Origin: Ginglymostoma cirratum
Lineage: Eukaryota
NCBI GenBank assembly: GCA_024137785.1
Contig: JAHRHZ010000009.1
Span: 16,080,793-16,144,792, forward strand
Direction of reading: 5' to 3'
Length of the DNA: 64,000 bases
The notes beneath the pieces were generated by a model, which had not been told where the DNA came from, searched no databases, and saw only the letters and a program-made list of their open reading frames with translations. Below, in pieces: positions 1 through 14,477 of this stretch (position 1 is the first letter of the stretch; each line of letters opens with the position of its first letter). The position numbers and the translations under genes are program-made.

Positions 1-190
1 CTACCTACACTCACCTTTACTGGCTCCATCCCCGCCTCTTCGACTTGTCTGCCTCCTCTCCACCTATCCTCTCCTCTATCCATCCTCTATCCGCCTCCCC
101 CTCTCTCCCTATTTATTTCAGAACCCTCTTCCCCTCCCCCATTTCTGATGAAGGGTTTCAGCCCGAAACGTCAAGTTTTCCTGCTCCTAT
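1..190 (+). mobile_element. 3' end / pseudo-LTR of a Penelope-like element with a hammerhead-like core
   Basis: Pyrimidine-rich tract followed by CTGATGA-AGGGT..GCCC-GAAAC-GTC (145-172). The same motif family recurs at 42.4, 48.4, 50.9, 53.2, 61.0, 61.3 and 61.9 kb. Confidence 0.6.
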
Positions 191-511
191 CTTACATGCA
201 TTGTCCAACTGTGTGGGATATAATTCCTGGTCACATGCAATCTCGACTATGTCATAGTCATTGCGGATTGATCATAACCATCTCTGCATTGCAGGAATAA
301 TTACAGACAATCTGAGAAGTCTTACCTGAGGGCCACAGTCACAAAGACAATCCAAATGCCAAAGCATGCACAAGGGCATGGAGCTGATTTCCTCTCACTT
401 TGAAGCCAACATGCTTTTAGATGCAATGCCGCCTTTCTTGGGGTGAGAGGAACAATATTTCAGAATTCCTGAGGCATTTACAAGGTCCTGTTGTATTTGT
501 GTGACATGATT

Positions 512-985
512 TAGAGTCATAGTCATCGAGTCATAATGCACAGAAACAGACCCTTCAGTCCAACCAGTCCATGCTGACCCAAATTAATTCCAAACTTAAC
601 TAGTCCCACCTGGCTGCGCTTGACCCATATCCCTTCAAACATTTCTTATTCATGTATTTATCCAAATGTCCTTTAGACATAAATGTACCCCCATCCACCA
701 CTTCCTCTGGACGTTCATTCCACACATGAACCACTCACGGTGTAAAAAAATTTCCCCTTATGTCTTTTCTAAATCTTTCTCCTCTCGTCATAAAAATATG
801 CCCACTAGTCTTGAAATCCCCCACCCTAGGGGAAAGACACTTGCCATTCACCTTATCTATACCCCTCAAGATTTTATAAACCTCTATAATATCACCCCTC
901 CACCTTCTACACTCCGATAAAAAAGAGTCCCAACCTATCTCAAGCTCTCCATTCCCAGCAACATCCTGATAAATCTCTTCGAAAC
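512..985 (-). mobile_element. CR1-clade (HER1-type) LINE 3' fragment
   Basis: ORF 735-998 reads RGDIIEVYKILRGIDKV...RGERFRKDIRGNFFT, a CR1 ORF2 C-terminus. (AGTCAT)n tail on the plus strand at about 513-535. Confidence 0.85.
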
Positions 986-1299
986 CCTTGTGCTGCATAC
1001 ATTCTGTGGTCCATCTAAAGGCATTTCATGACCCTCCTTGTCAAAGCCCTCCAACACAGCATGGTGCACCAAACCATTGTGCATTGTGTTTGATGTGAAT
1101 GCTACGTGTTCACATTATTAAACATCTGTTCTGTTTCTGATATTCCCCACAGAGCTTCATTAAAACCAAAACCAATGGATCTAGCCACAGAAAGTTTTAC
1201 TGTTGCTGTGCCCCCTGCAAAATGAAGGGGCAAACACAGTTGAGGAGTAACAAATGCATCAACAAGCCCAGGACCAGCAACAACTTCCTACAGCTGCTG

Positions 1300-1930
1300 A
1301 ACAGCCATCACATGAAGAAGTCTTAGTTGAAGATCCCCTTAGGATGTGGATGAGGTTCAGGAGATCCAGTGTCCTGGGACACTGTCACAGAACTATGGCA
1401 AATGCTCGAGCAGGACCTGGGACCTGAAGGGGTAGGTGGCAACCCATCCCAATTGCCGTCAAGTTGACAGCCGCACTAAACTTTTATATGACTGACTACT
1501 TCCAAGGATCTCTGGGGGCCCTGTGTGGGATCTTTCAATCTTCAACCCCCAGATGTATCAAGGCCATTGCTGATTAATTTGTGCCAAATCACGCTGTTTC
1601 ATCCCATGCCCCTGTGAGGAGGTCAGTGCTGTAGAATGGGCAGTAGGCTTTGCCAACATAACTCACTTCCCCCAGGTGCAGGGCACTACAGATTGGACAC
1701 ACATCACATTGAAAGCATCATATCATAATGCAGTAGACATCATCAAAAGAAAAGTATTTCATTCCATCAATGTTCACATCATCTGTGATCTTCGATTCCA
1801 TCAATATCTAACTAGTCTGCACTCAGTATCCTGGGAACTGCTGTTATGCTTATACAATTATTTCTGCTTTGTTTCAACATCTAGACACCTTACAACGGTG
1901 GTTGCTGGGAGACAAGGGCTATCAAAATGC
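1300..1930 (+). pseudogene. Decayed PIF/Harbinger transposase (HARBI1-like, DDE_Tnp_4)
   Basis: Interrupted frames give PIAVKLTAALNFY..FQGSLGALCGIFQS..RCIKA (from 1443), FPQVQGTTDWTHITLKA..RKVFHSINVHIICD, YPGNC and WLLGDKGY, which are the Harbinger motifs. Stops and frameshifts are present. Confidence 0.8.
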
Positions 1931-2870
1931 AAGATTGCTGACACATTTAGACTGGGAAAACAAATATGGATAAAGGATTTTAACAGGAACGACAGAGTCA
2001 TCCAAGGAGTTGCAAACAGCAGTGATCATTTACAGTTGAAGGAGTCATAGGAAGGAATTGCAGAAACATCATTTTTTGTAGGTAAATCATCCACCACAGC
2101 TTGACTGGAACAAATCCAATGAATAACTTGATAATGCAAGGAACCTATGGATCTCACACTATCAGAAAACAGATCAAAGTCCTCAGTCTTAACCCAGAGA
2201 TCTACCCATCCTCCACTTTTGATGAGAACACATAGTGGGAGAATAATAAAACTCCAGTATGCCTGATTTAATGAAGTCAGAGGCTTGGGGAGAGATGGAA
2301 TGGTGGTAAATTTAATTTTATATACACAGTTGTATAATATTAATGATGGAAAAAGTTTTGGGGAGATTTTTAATATGGGTGTAAGGGCCTGCAAAAGTCA
2401 ATGCTGAGGACTGCTTAATCTACTAACCATGTTGATGATACTATATAGACTTGTAGGAAGAACAGTTTTGGATATCTAAGGAGTAAGGCCTCATGTTCAG
2501 ATCCTCTTCATAGTTTCAGTAACAATGTCAATCATTTTAATGCAACATGTAACTTGTTACTAGCATGTGGGCAACGATCGCTTTTAAACAGAATAGCCAC
2601 TTTTAGTTAGTCTACTAACTAGTTTTACTCTAAAAAAGTCATTGCTACTGCCAATGATGAAACCTCACTCATGCCAGGTATTCATGAGGAAGAATTATCC
2701 TCAATACAGGGAATTGCCAGTTATGTATTTAACACCAATTGAAATATAATGCCTTGTCAACCTTCTCTATTGTCTCATCAAAGAAATACATTAAAGTAGT
2801 CAGACATGATATAACTTTTTAAAAAATGCTGGTATTCTGAATAATCTACACCTTCCATCTGAGAGGTTAT

Positions 2871-3210
2871 GGGGTGGCATGGTGGCTTAGTGGTTAGTGC
2901 TGCTGCCTCACAGCATTAGGGGCCCAGGTTTAATTCCAGCCTTGGGCATATGTCTGTGTGGAGTTTGTATGTTCCCTTTGAGTGTGTGTGTGTCTGTGTG
3001 TGTGTGGGTGTGTGGGTGTGTGGGTGGGTTTCCACCAGGTGCTCTGGTACCTTGCCCCAGTTCAAAGATGTACAAGTTAGGTGGATCAGCCATTCTAAAT
3101 TACTGGTAGTGTTCAGGGATGTGTAGGTTAGGTGTGGATGGTTTTCAGAGGGTTGGTATGGACTTGTTGAACTGAATGGTCTGACTCCACACTGCGGGGA
3201 TTTTATATAT
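2871..3210 (+). mobile_element. HE1-type tRNA-derived elasmobranch SINE with internal (GT)n expansion
   Basis: GGTGGCATGGTGGCTTAGTGGTTAG A-box head, GTTTAATTCC B-box, body GTGTGGAGTTTGTATGTTC, and a CR1-like tail. Confidence 0.85.
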
Positions 3211-3219
3211 TTAAGTTTG

Positions 3220-3510
3220 ATCCCGGTGGTGATTTCCAATAAAGTCTTCACCATTGCCGTTAGGCTGAATTGGCCTGCAATTTCCTGATTTATCCCTTTC
3301 CCTATTCTAGAATAATAATATAACATACGTGACAATGAAAGGATATTGTATTGTATTCTATTGGTAGTCTTCCAGTCCTCGGGCAATACTTCTTTATCCA
3401 ATGGGAATTCAAAATTACTAAGGGTGTCATATAGATTATCTTTACTTATTACCCTAACAAATTGTACCGAGACATATGTTGTAAAAGTAATGTCAAAGCC
3501 ATTAGTCATT
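3220..3510 (-). mobile_element. Degraded CR1 LINE ORF2 fragment
   Basis: Translation EVLPEDWKT...SLTAMVKTLLE resembles the CR1 RT-upstream motif (VPEDW...SLTSVVGKLLE). Confidence 0.55.
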
Positions 3511-6500
3511 TAGTTTCACACTTGGGTTTATAATGTCACTTAAAATCCCTGATTTTGGTTGTGCTTCCTTAAATTCTACGCCCAGGTATCCACTTTTGCT
3601 TAGGTCTGTATATCGGGAAGTGTATGTCGCATATCAGACTTGAATAGCGATGTCTTTCATCCATCAAATACCATGCTTACTGTCACAAAAAGGGAAACAA
3701 CCAATCTCATTGTACAACGCAGCAAAGTAAAAATTAATGTCCACTGTTGTATATTTGCGGTACAATTGAGCCTCTTCCCACCTCAATTTCCATTCTTGTC
3801 CCGGTCAATTTCTTTTTCTGGTCTTTCCTCCCTCGTGTATTTATCCTCTTGTTTTCTCCCCTTGTATCTGTGCCATTCCTCTCAACCATTCCTTGTTATA
3901 GTGAATTTCCACATTCATTCTGAACTGAACAATGCCAGTTATCACAAATGTTGATATTACCGATGAAGTAACAAAACTATCACTGAACAAAGACCAAGAG
4001 TCAAGAAGCTAAGAATTTATTCTTGCATTCATGTTGGCTTTTGGACTATCAATGATATATAGTACGCCAAAAATTAGATTTGCAACAAGGTAAACACATG
4101 GAAAATGCCATAATTTTGAAACATAGAACTTTCCACATGTAACATTCACCCAACGCTCCACTGGACAATAACCGTAGGGGAAAGAGATAATATAAATTCT
4201 TTCAAAAATGAGCCATCAAGCCAGCAAAACAATTTGCTTTTATTTTTACTTCAATCTGTTCCGCTTCTCTCCCAATGTTGACTTATTGTTCCTTGAGCAC
4301 CAGCCGCTGTCTTGTGCAAAACAGAATTGAGCTTCAATATATAGTGCCGACCAATCTGAAAAAGTGTTGCACTCGACAAGACGTTGGAAAGAAAGGCTGA
4401 AATTATACAATGTAGATTTGTGACAGATTCGGTTATGTTACGAAATATTGGATATCACACAAATTAACATCGTAAAATGATTCTGGATTGTAACTGAGGT
4501 ATTAATATTTATCCGCTAACGAAGCATTCTTACAGTATCAACCACAATAGAATAGGTTTGGAGGCTTCGAAAACGATATTTTATGGTTGCCGTCGAAAAC
4601 TAACTTTATCTCTAAGTTCTGAAGTTAAAAATGAGAATAAAATTGCTGTGCAAATGAAATATGGAAGAGTGTAGATTTGGAACATTTATTTTCTGATAAT
4701 GCTGAAATGGTTGCAATATTCTGGGCGACTACGGAGTCTATCTCATTGAACCGCTGTGAGTAAATAAATATCCATTCGTAGGAAAGAGAACGGGAGGAGT
4801 CAGCATTTCAAACATTAATTCACACAATATGTTACAGTAAAAACTACATTGTATTTTTAAAAAGTTTGTAATTGATGTGTGAGAGAAATACAATACTGAC
4901 AAGTATATATCATTTGTTATTTCAGCATGTCTCCTATGAGAATTCCGATGTAACATTAATTTGAACCTATGACATGTTTCTAAGTTGCTTCCCCATATCT
5001 ACAAATACGACATTCTGTGTCTTGATCGTGGACAAACAAAGAGAAAACAGGTTCAAAAGACAGAAACATCTTATTAAGTTCGGCACAAATACACTGGCCG
5101 CGTTCTATAATAGGAAAGAGAAAGGCATTCCTCCGCACCCACCGCCCAGTCTATCTTTGGGACCGCAGCGTTTTGTTTTTCCACCCCCCAACAACAACAC
5201 CGCAGTGCTCGGGCTGCGAGCGTCAAAGGCATAGCCGGATATACAAGCTTCAGATGGGAGCCGCTGAGCAATTGTGAAAAGTGCGGCAGAATTCTGTCAT
5301 ATGGAATCGCCATTTATATGTGGGGGTCGGGGAATGGGCTGGGGGGTGCGGTGGTGGTGTCAGCCGTTCTATTCTTTGAGATCACTTTGATACATTAAGT
5401 ATAACTTATCATACAAATGATTAGAATCGTGACCCCACACTTCGGCTGAATTTCTGCGCCACCTAACCTTTCCAAGATTTTTTTCTTCATGTCATATACA
5501 AAGTCGTGTACTCAGAGATAATGGTGTACTGAAGCTGCGAGACTGTTCACCGAACCCCGAAGGGGAACTGGTAACCAAACTACTCACAATGGGGAGGGGA
5601 GAGTTTGATCCTAGTAGAGAAACAGCAATCTTTTTTTTAACTTCAGAAAACAACCACAATATATCACTTCCTGATCGAAGGTTTTAGTCACAGGAGTGAA
5701 TGCTTTTGAAACAGCGATAAAGCCAGAACGATTCCCACAAATAACTTTTACTGAACCTGTTGAAATATCACGCGTTTTGTTTTGTTTTGAATTAAGGACT
5801 GATAATCAAAACCGTGGCCAGAGAGAGAAAAAAAAATATATGGGACTTTAGTTTGGACTCTAAAAACGTTGAGAAACTGTGTGTCCGGAGCAGAAATACC
5901 GGGGAAAGACATTTTAAAGCAGTGAGGGGAGTGTGCCTGGACTTTGCCGTACTCGGAACGCCACTGGATCAGATTCGCCGATCCGGTTGGTTCCCGTGTA
6001 TTTGACTTCAAATCGTATAGAAATAAACCTGTACTTCAAATTCCCACACGAAAATAGCGGCTATCATTTAGCCGTTCAAGCAAGAATCTATTAGTAAATG
6101 GTTTAATGTACAAGCATTTTTAATTTAAAAAAAGCACAACACCTTCCCCGACTACTACTAGGTGATCAGAGCATTTTTTTCAGAAAATTCGTTTCTTTAA
6201 AAAAAACACAGCATTCAGAATAAATGTGTCACAGCGAAATTGGAAGTTCAGTGTAGGTTACAATAATAGTCGTTCACAAAGATGTGGCGCACGTCAGTTG
6301 CTTATCATTTACAGAAACGCTGAAACCTACATAACAGAGACCGTTCAGAGCTCAACGTTAGGTTTACTATGTCAAAATCTCCAAATGAAGGAGGCATTCT
6401 AAACGACCATTATAAACAGAGGTAAGAATCCAGGTTGTTTTGTGCATGACTGTATTTCCTATAAGTGCAGAGACACAGCTGACAGACACACCTTATCCAA

Positions 6501-8879
6501 ACTAACAATACCAAGAGTTATGTTTTCCCGCATGTGGCAGTGATTCTGTGTGGGAGTAGTATCCCAATTAAGCTGTGAAGATCTGCTGCTGGAAACCAGG
6601 TAGCGATCCCGATCATTCAACTAACTGCGTTATTTTTAAATACTAGAGCACCACGATGGATAGGTCCATTATTTCAAGGTCAAATTCATACAGAAGTGAG
6701 AGGGATGTGGAAATGACAAAGTATACGTTAAATTTTCAAGTTTTGCAAATACAGTAAAGCTATCTAACTACTGAGCTGTAATCCGTACTAAGTGGGTGAC
6801 AATTGTCCTGACATGTAATTAAACTATAAATTAGTCACAAGATGTTTTTATGAATGGCAAAGTATTCTGACGCATTCTGAGCGTTTTTTCATGATCACGT
6901 GAAATACATTTTTAGAAATATATTCAACATAGCACGTCCAATTGCAAATAAAGATGTTGAGAAGGTGCAGAGAGCAATTGAAGGGTTAAGCTGGACACTG
7001 CATACTGGGGAAGAGACACATTCTAAATTATTTCAAAAAGATGAACAAAGTTGCACACTTCCAAACCACCATATCGTATCGAAACATCAAGACTGCAACA
7101 TTCGAATTGTAGAATAATTTACAGAACTGATGTCCAAAAACTACAAATGTACCTGTTGCAGAATTTGTTATTTTCCTTTTAATATTTACGCCGGTACCAG
7201 TGCACACAGTGCAGCACAATACAAAAAATACAAAATACAAACACAAATACAAAACAATACAAAGTATTATGTTTGGTGTAGGAATTCCCAGAACTGCGCC
7301 CAAGTGCTTACAATAATACTCATTATACCATGTACCTCACACTTTTTGAGTCTTGTGTCGAGTGTTGAAGTGTGGTTACAAATGGGAAGTTTAAAATACA
7401 CTTACAGTTAGTGTTAGGAGGATAATACCAATACAAGAAAGAAAACAGAAATCTGAAACAATCGCTGCAAGAGATTGTTTAATCAATAATACTTTCGGAT
7501 AAAGTAACGCTCCACTAACATTTAAAATCGTCAGAATCTGTATTCACCTCCAGCAGTATAGCTTTTGTGTTCACTTTCTATCTCGGATCGATATCATAAC
7601 AGCGTGTGTCAGAAATGAGCAGATATCTGGACACCGTATGGTGCTGTCCTCTGACCCTTACTGTAGTTGTCAAATCATCATCACGAAATTCGCCATCAGC
7701 ATTATCAGCATGTTCATCTTCATAATTATTTTTGCGTCTCTTAATTTTCTCTGCAGCTGGACTGATAGAGGAGATAGTGGACAGTTTTCCCCCTTTTGAA
7801 AAAAAAGACGAGTCTTATTTTTAAGTCAAGTTATTAACAGAGAGTAATATTTTTTTCCCAGACGAACCTCTGTCACATTTTAATTAACGAGTGGTGATTG
7901 TGTAATAGAGCAGTCAAAGAGATTAATTTATCTTCCAATGAAAATAATTTGCACGCTAACGAACACAAGCCTGTGACCATTTTAATTGGTGAAACTTAAG
8001 TAACCAAATTACTCCCACTCACCCACTTTGATCGACGTAAATGCATGTTAAACCATTAATGTAAAACGGAATGAACCAGCGCTAATCCCCTAATAAATGT
8101 GCTGATTAGTTTATTGTTAATTTAATTAATGAAGTAAGTAACGCGTAGAACTGGGAATATGGATAGAAATAACTAAAACGATTCCTTAAACATTACATGA
8201 ACAATAGAGGGTACTTAGAATTTCAAAGATTGCCGTCAATGTTGTAACTTTAGCGTCTATCTTGCAAGTAAATTGTATTATCGATTAGTATGTGCCCAAC
8301 TTTCAAACCGCTATTGATTTGGTTGTGACCAATTATAGATATGAAGATGCGCTTTTTTAATGTTTGCGAAGGTAAATATTGTGCCTGTAATCACCTTGTT
8401 TTAGGGAAATTAATAAATGTATGACAGGTGTGTTTTTGTACGTGTAATATTGAGGACTTGCAGTTTCTGCTTTGTCCAGGTGCTACAATTTACAGCACTG
8501 ATGCCCGGAGATTCCAATTTCCTGACAGATTTGTTTCCGGTCCTGACGGCTGAGGAAGCACATGTACCACGATATATTAAGAAATTATGTTTTCACAGCG
8601 AATACACGCTCTGCTATTCTTAACCTTTATTCCCGTTAACGAACAGAATGAGGACGCACTGAACGTCAAAAACTTATCCACGATTAGTAAATTACGCTTT
8701 GATTGGTGTACCGCAAGATTACAACATTGGAGAGTATTTTTTCAAAAATATGCATTAACAGAATTTGTTTTGAATTTACATTTTTTTAAACGTCTGTTTC
8801 TTGTTTGTAGCTCTCTCAAATTTATGGTAGAACGCAATATATTCAACCGCAGGATATAAACACATCTATTCCAACCCAC

Positions 8880-9195
8880 AGCTTCAATTGTGATCCTTAC
8901 TGTAACGTCATCGTGGTATTGTTAATCATTAATAGCAGGGTCAATTGAATTATCTCTTAAAATTGTCTTATAACTTTGAATGGTACCATAAAATCTGCCG
9001 ATTTGAAGGCTACAATTGAATGTTTATTGGAGCAGCTTTATAATTTATGAGCTGCCATTTCGAGTGACAGGGACTCGCAATATCCCCCTGTAATTATCAA
9101 TACAGCAGTCACTGTGCCCTCAGGTGGGTCCCTATCTGTAATTTATAGACCATTTAACGGTCCCTTTATAAGATTATATCATAACGTTGTTTCAA
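8880..9195. promoter_or_regulatory. Candidate conserved non-coding enhancer downstream of zic2
   Basis: Non-repetitive block dense in TF-type motifs: CTTTGAA (TCF/LEF), CATAAAA and TTTAT (Cdx/posterior Hox), ACAAT (Sox), TAATTA. Conservation not verified. Confidence 0.4.
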
Positions 9196-10443
9196 TACTA
9201 TCATCACTCTGCTGACTTTGGGGTATTATGACCACATATTGCAACTTGAACACGTTTTTCCTTTGGACTCATCCAAACCTCGAGGTCTATTTATATGTAA
9301 AACCTCACTGACTATATATATATCCACTTCCATTAATAATAGTAACTCCTTAGATAAACAAGGTGCCATTGTAATAGATAGTATGGAATTTGTAACCATA
9401 TTCCTGATGATTTTGTTTTGAGATATGGAGCTGGAAATAACACGCGAGCAGTCCCTTCTAAAATTATTTTTTAAATTTGAACGTGTCCCTATCAAATTTC
9501 CAAAACGTAATTCGCCAAAAAAACTATCCATTTGGTGCATAGTTGTAAATGTTCCATGAAATCAGAAATCGAAGCTAAGGGTACAAGATGGTACTTACAT
9601 TTCATAATAGTTCAAGTTCGTCTTGGCATATTCTCAAAATATTTATTTGGTGGCTATGACAGGCGAGACATGAGGGGTTTTTTTTAGATGGCCATTCTGT
9701 GGAATTCACTTCTGTAAGTTATCTCCATTCGAGCCTCGTTGAAATCGGTAACGGGGACGCCACGAACATGCAAGATAGCAAGGGCAGGGGAAAAATAGAG
9801 ACAACTCCTGAAAACGGTGTTTCATGTTGTAACATGGAGCAAGAGCTGTAAACAATGAACCAGAACCTAGTGCAAGTGACGCAAAGTCAAGTTCAAGTTC
9901 TTCCTTCGTTAGAAAAAGGCGCCGTTTTGCCTGGGTTTGTGGTTCGGCTCATATAAAATTCACACAGGCCACTAAATTTTTTTGAGCCAAATCAATCCGG
10001 TCGAATTTTGGTCGCTCCAAAATTTTGTATTCATGTTTTGGCAAAAAAAATTGGATTTAGCTACTCACTCCCTGCTGCATAATAAATCCGGGTGGATTTA
10101 ATCACATTTCCTTATTTTGTGTATCTTTTGTGCTATTCTTTTCCAGTGGTTTGATTTTTAAAGTTATTTCATTCTAACTGATAGAACTGAATTTGTTCGC
10201 TCATCTAACGGCGTAGAGGAGCCGCGAGGGTTTCGCTTTTCATTGTGAGTTGTGCACAGAGACAAAAAAAAAGCCAGAATATTTCCGCAGTTTTGTTCAC
10301 ATCTGCCCCGCAAGCTGCTGCCATTGCAATGCCTTTATAAATTGGACGTTTTATTTTTCTGTTTGAGTTAGTTAGGAAATAAATTTCATACTTTCAATCC
10401 AGACCGCATAACAAGTAGCAGATGCAGTTTTCAATCAGATTTT

Positions 10444-10480
10444 GTGTGTGTGTGTGTGTGTGTGTGCGTGTACGTATGTG
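10444..10480. repeat. (TG)n microsatellite
   Basis: Seen directly. Confidence 0.9.
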
Positions 10481-11149
10481 TAGAGAGTTTTTGTAGCCTC
10501 CCCCATCTTGGCATTCAAATAAGCGCCTGGTTCTCGCGGTCATTCAAAATGCAAAGGAAGACACCTCTCACACGTGTCAGGTTCGTGACTGCGCGTTAAT
10601 GAATTCCACTTCGGTTTCCATTGAATTGTCTGCACTTTTTTTGAGTTTTACCAATCCCATACACAGCAACTGATTAACATCGACTACTCGCCTCCAATTC
10701 CGACCCACACCATCCACCCCCGCAGATAAGCCCCCAAATGAAAGTTTCACAAGGCTGTTCGACTTGCTGCTTTCTTTAACTTCGCTGGTGCCACTTTCAG
10801 CGCTCAAGAAACCCAGACGAAAGAAAACAACTCGATTAATCGTTTCTAAGCATCGCATGCGAATCATCTGCCAATCACTGCTGTGAAAGATGTGCCTGAA
10901 TATTTACTCTGCACACGTACACAATCAAAACCAAATCTGCCTCAAATATTGTAGGCGCTGCAACTAAAGTGGTTGTCTTCCCTGAGGAGTTAAGTAAACT
11001 ATTTCATCCTTCACCACCACACCCCAACCAAAAAGGGCACAACATTATTGTGAAGAAACCTTGAACAATTCGGCTGGGATGAATTTCAAAAAATGTGACA
11101 GATAAACATCAATGAGATTGTATTTGGAGTTCAATAATAACGATTTCAG

Positions 11150-12644
<1,495 letters not shown>

Positions 12645-14477
12645 TCAGTCAAGCAAAACCACACACCCCTGAATCTTCCGCTGCTTTCATTTCTCTCAGG
12701 TCCAACGCCGCCCAAAGCACCCAGATCTAGACGCTTACAATGTAGAACAGTGGTGTTCCTGACATTCTTAATCTCAACCAAAAAAAATTCAAAATGAGCC
12801 AAATTGAAGTCTTAAGCAGTGGACGGAAATACGTTTGACAACATTGATTCGCGTTTAGATTCGAGTGATTAATGTGAGTGTGCTAAGTATTCGGTTTCTA
12901 AGTCCTGTGTTGTTCGGGTCCCTCTCTCTGAATGGAAATAGTCACATTAAAAGGTTCGCAGCTGCCTTCCTCAGCTGATGGCAACACAGGGAAAGGAAAT
13001 ACTTCATCGCGTTTACACAATGGCAGAATGTAATTAAAGAGTCTGCTGCAACTCGCAGAATGGATTCTGTGAATTCAATTAATTGATCCAAACGAATTCT
13101 AGAAATGAAATAACCGAACAAAGATTAAGCAGCAGCAGTCTCAGTTTACCGCGTTCGTTTCCACGTGTCGGGATCTTTTTTATTAAACCAGTCCCCGGAT
13201 ATTCTTATTTAGGAGACTACACTGAGTGTGTTAAAATGGCATTTGTGTCAGAAACACTGAGCATTTCCCGTCTGAACTTTGCATTTTACAGACTGACGGA
13301 ACTAGGAGGTGGGAATCACACAGGAATACGGAGTAAACAATGTAACATTACCCCTTCCCTATTAGCATTTAAATTGTTTCCGAAAAGATATGTAAACCGC
13401 CTCGAAATCTGAAGTATAGCCACACCAAGCAAATAAATTTCCCAGTTGAAAACCTTGCTAAAGACTTGTCTGACACCTATGACTAATCATACAATCGAGC
13501 GAACAATGGGTCTTGCATTCTGTTACCATTCTCTCCAAAAAGCAAATAGCCTTTGCGATTTTTGAAAAAAAACTTCTTAATTATCGCTTTTGTTTCCACC
13601 ACCTTTAAAGAGCCAGTGATTTGGAAAATACTGTATAAACATGCGGATAAATAATACATGCCGCACGGTTGAAGCTCTGTTTAATTTCTCAGCTGGCTGC
13701 CACGTTTAGCCCAGGACCCTCTGTCCTTAGATTACATACTGACCCATATTCAACGTTTCTGCTCCAAATACTGGCGGCTGCTGATGACATAATTCTGCCC
13801 ACTCTAGAGAAATATTATGCAATGCAGCAGAAATTATAACTCGCAAAGTATTCGTTCAGCAAACTGTCTAACAGCGGATGTGTTTGTCTCGAACCACGTT
13901 CAACTTGTGGGTCGAGGCAGCTTTCCTACACAACACGAAGCAATTTTTCACGTCTTTTACATTTTCGATTCGCTCCTATCAAGCGGCCAGAATTAGTGAA
14001 ATGTGTATTTTTTCTTGAATCTCCACTACGGCGGATTTTTTGCAATTTCATTTTAGAGTGTGCAGTGTGATTCTAATTATTAAGGATCGGAGAGTAATGT
14101 GAACAAATTTGGTGCTAAAACGTGTCGAAATAATTTACAAACTATGACCCCACCGCAAAAAAACCCCCCAAAGAGTTAGATTATTCTCGTATTGCTACTA
14201 GACAGAGCGACGACAATGGGGGTTTCTGGAGTGGTTTGGAGAAGTTTATTAAAGCGGCCACAGCGACGTTAATATCAGTGCTTTTAGCAAGATATAAATG
14301 ATTGAGATGTACGCGGAAAAAAAAACCGAATGAACTGTTAAATGACATGCGAATGAGAAAAGGACCGGCGCTCCCTTCTAACCGGGACACGGTGGAGGGT
14401 TGGGGAGTGGGGGATGGTGAGACATGGTGGTGGGGGGCGGGGGGGGGGGAAGGAGGATTATTGTTTTTTTTTGTTAC

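Noticed and set aside
1676-2050. Possible HARBI1 host gene
   Set aside because: Frameshifts, stops and altered motif residues indicate a transposon fossil.
2871-2945. tRNA-like A and B boxes here and at 46.9 and 54.2-54.4 kb
   Set aside because: They are SINE heads followed by SINE bodies, with no intact cloverleaf.
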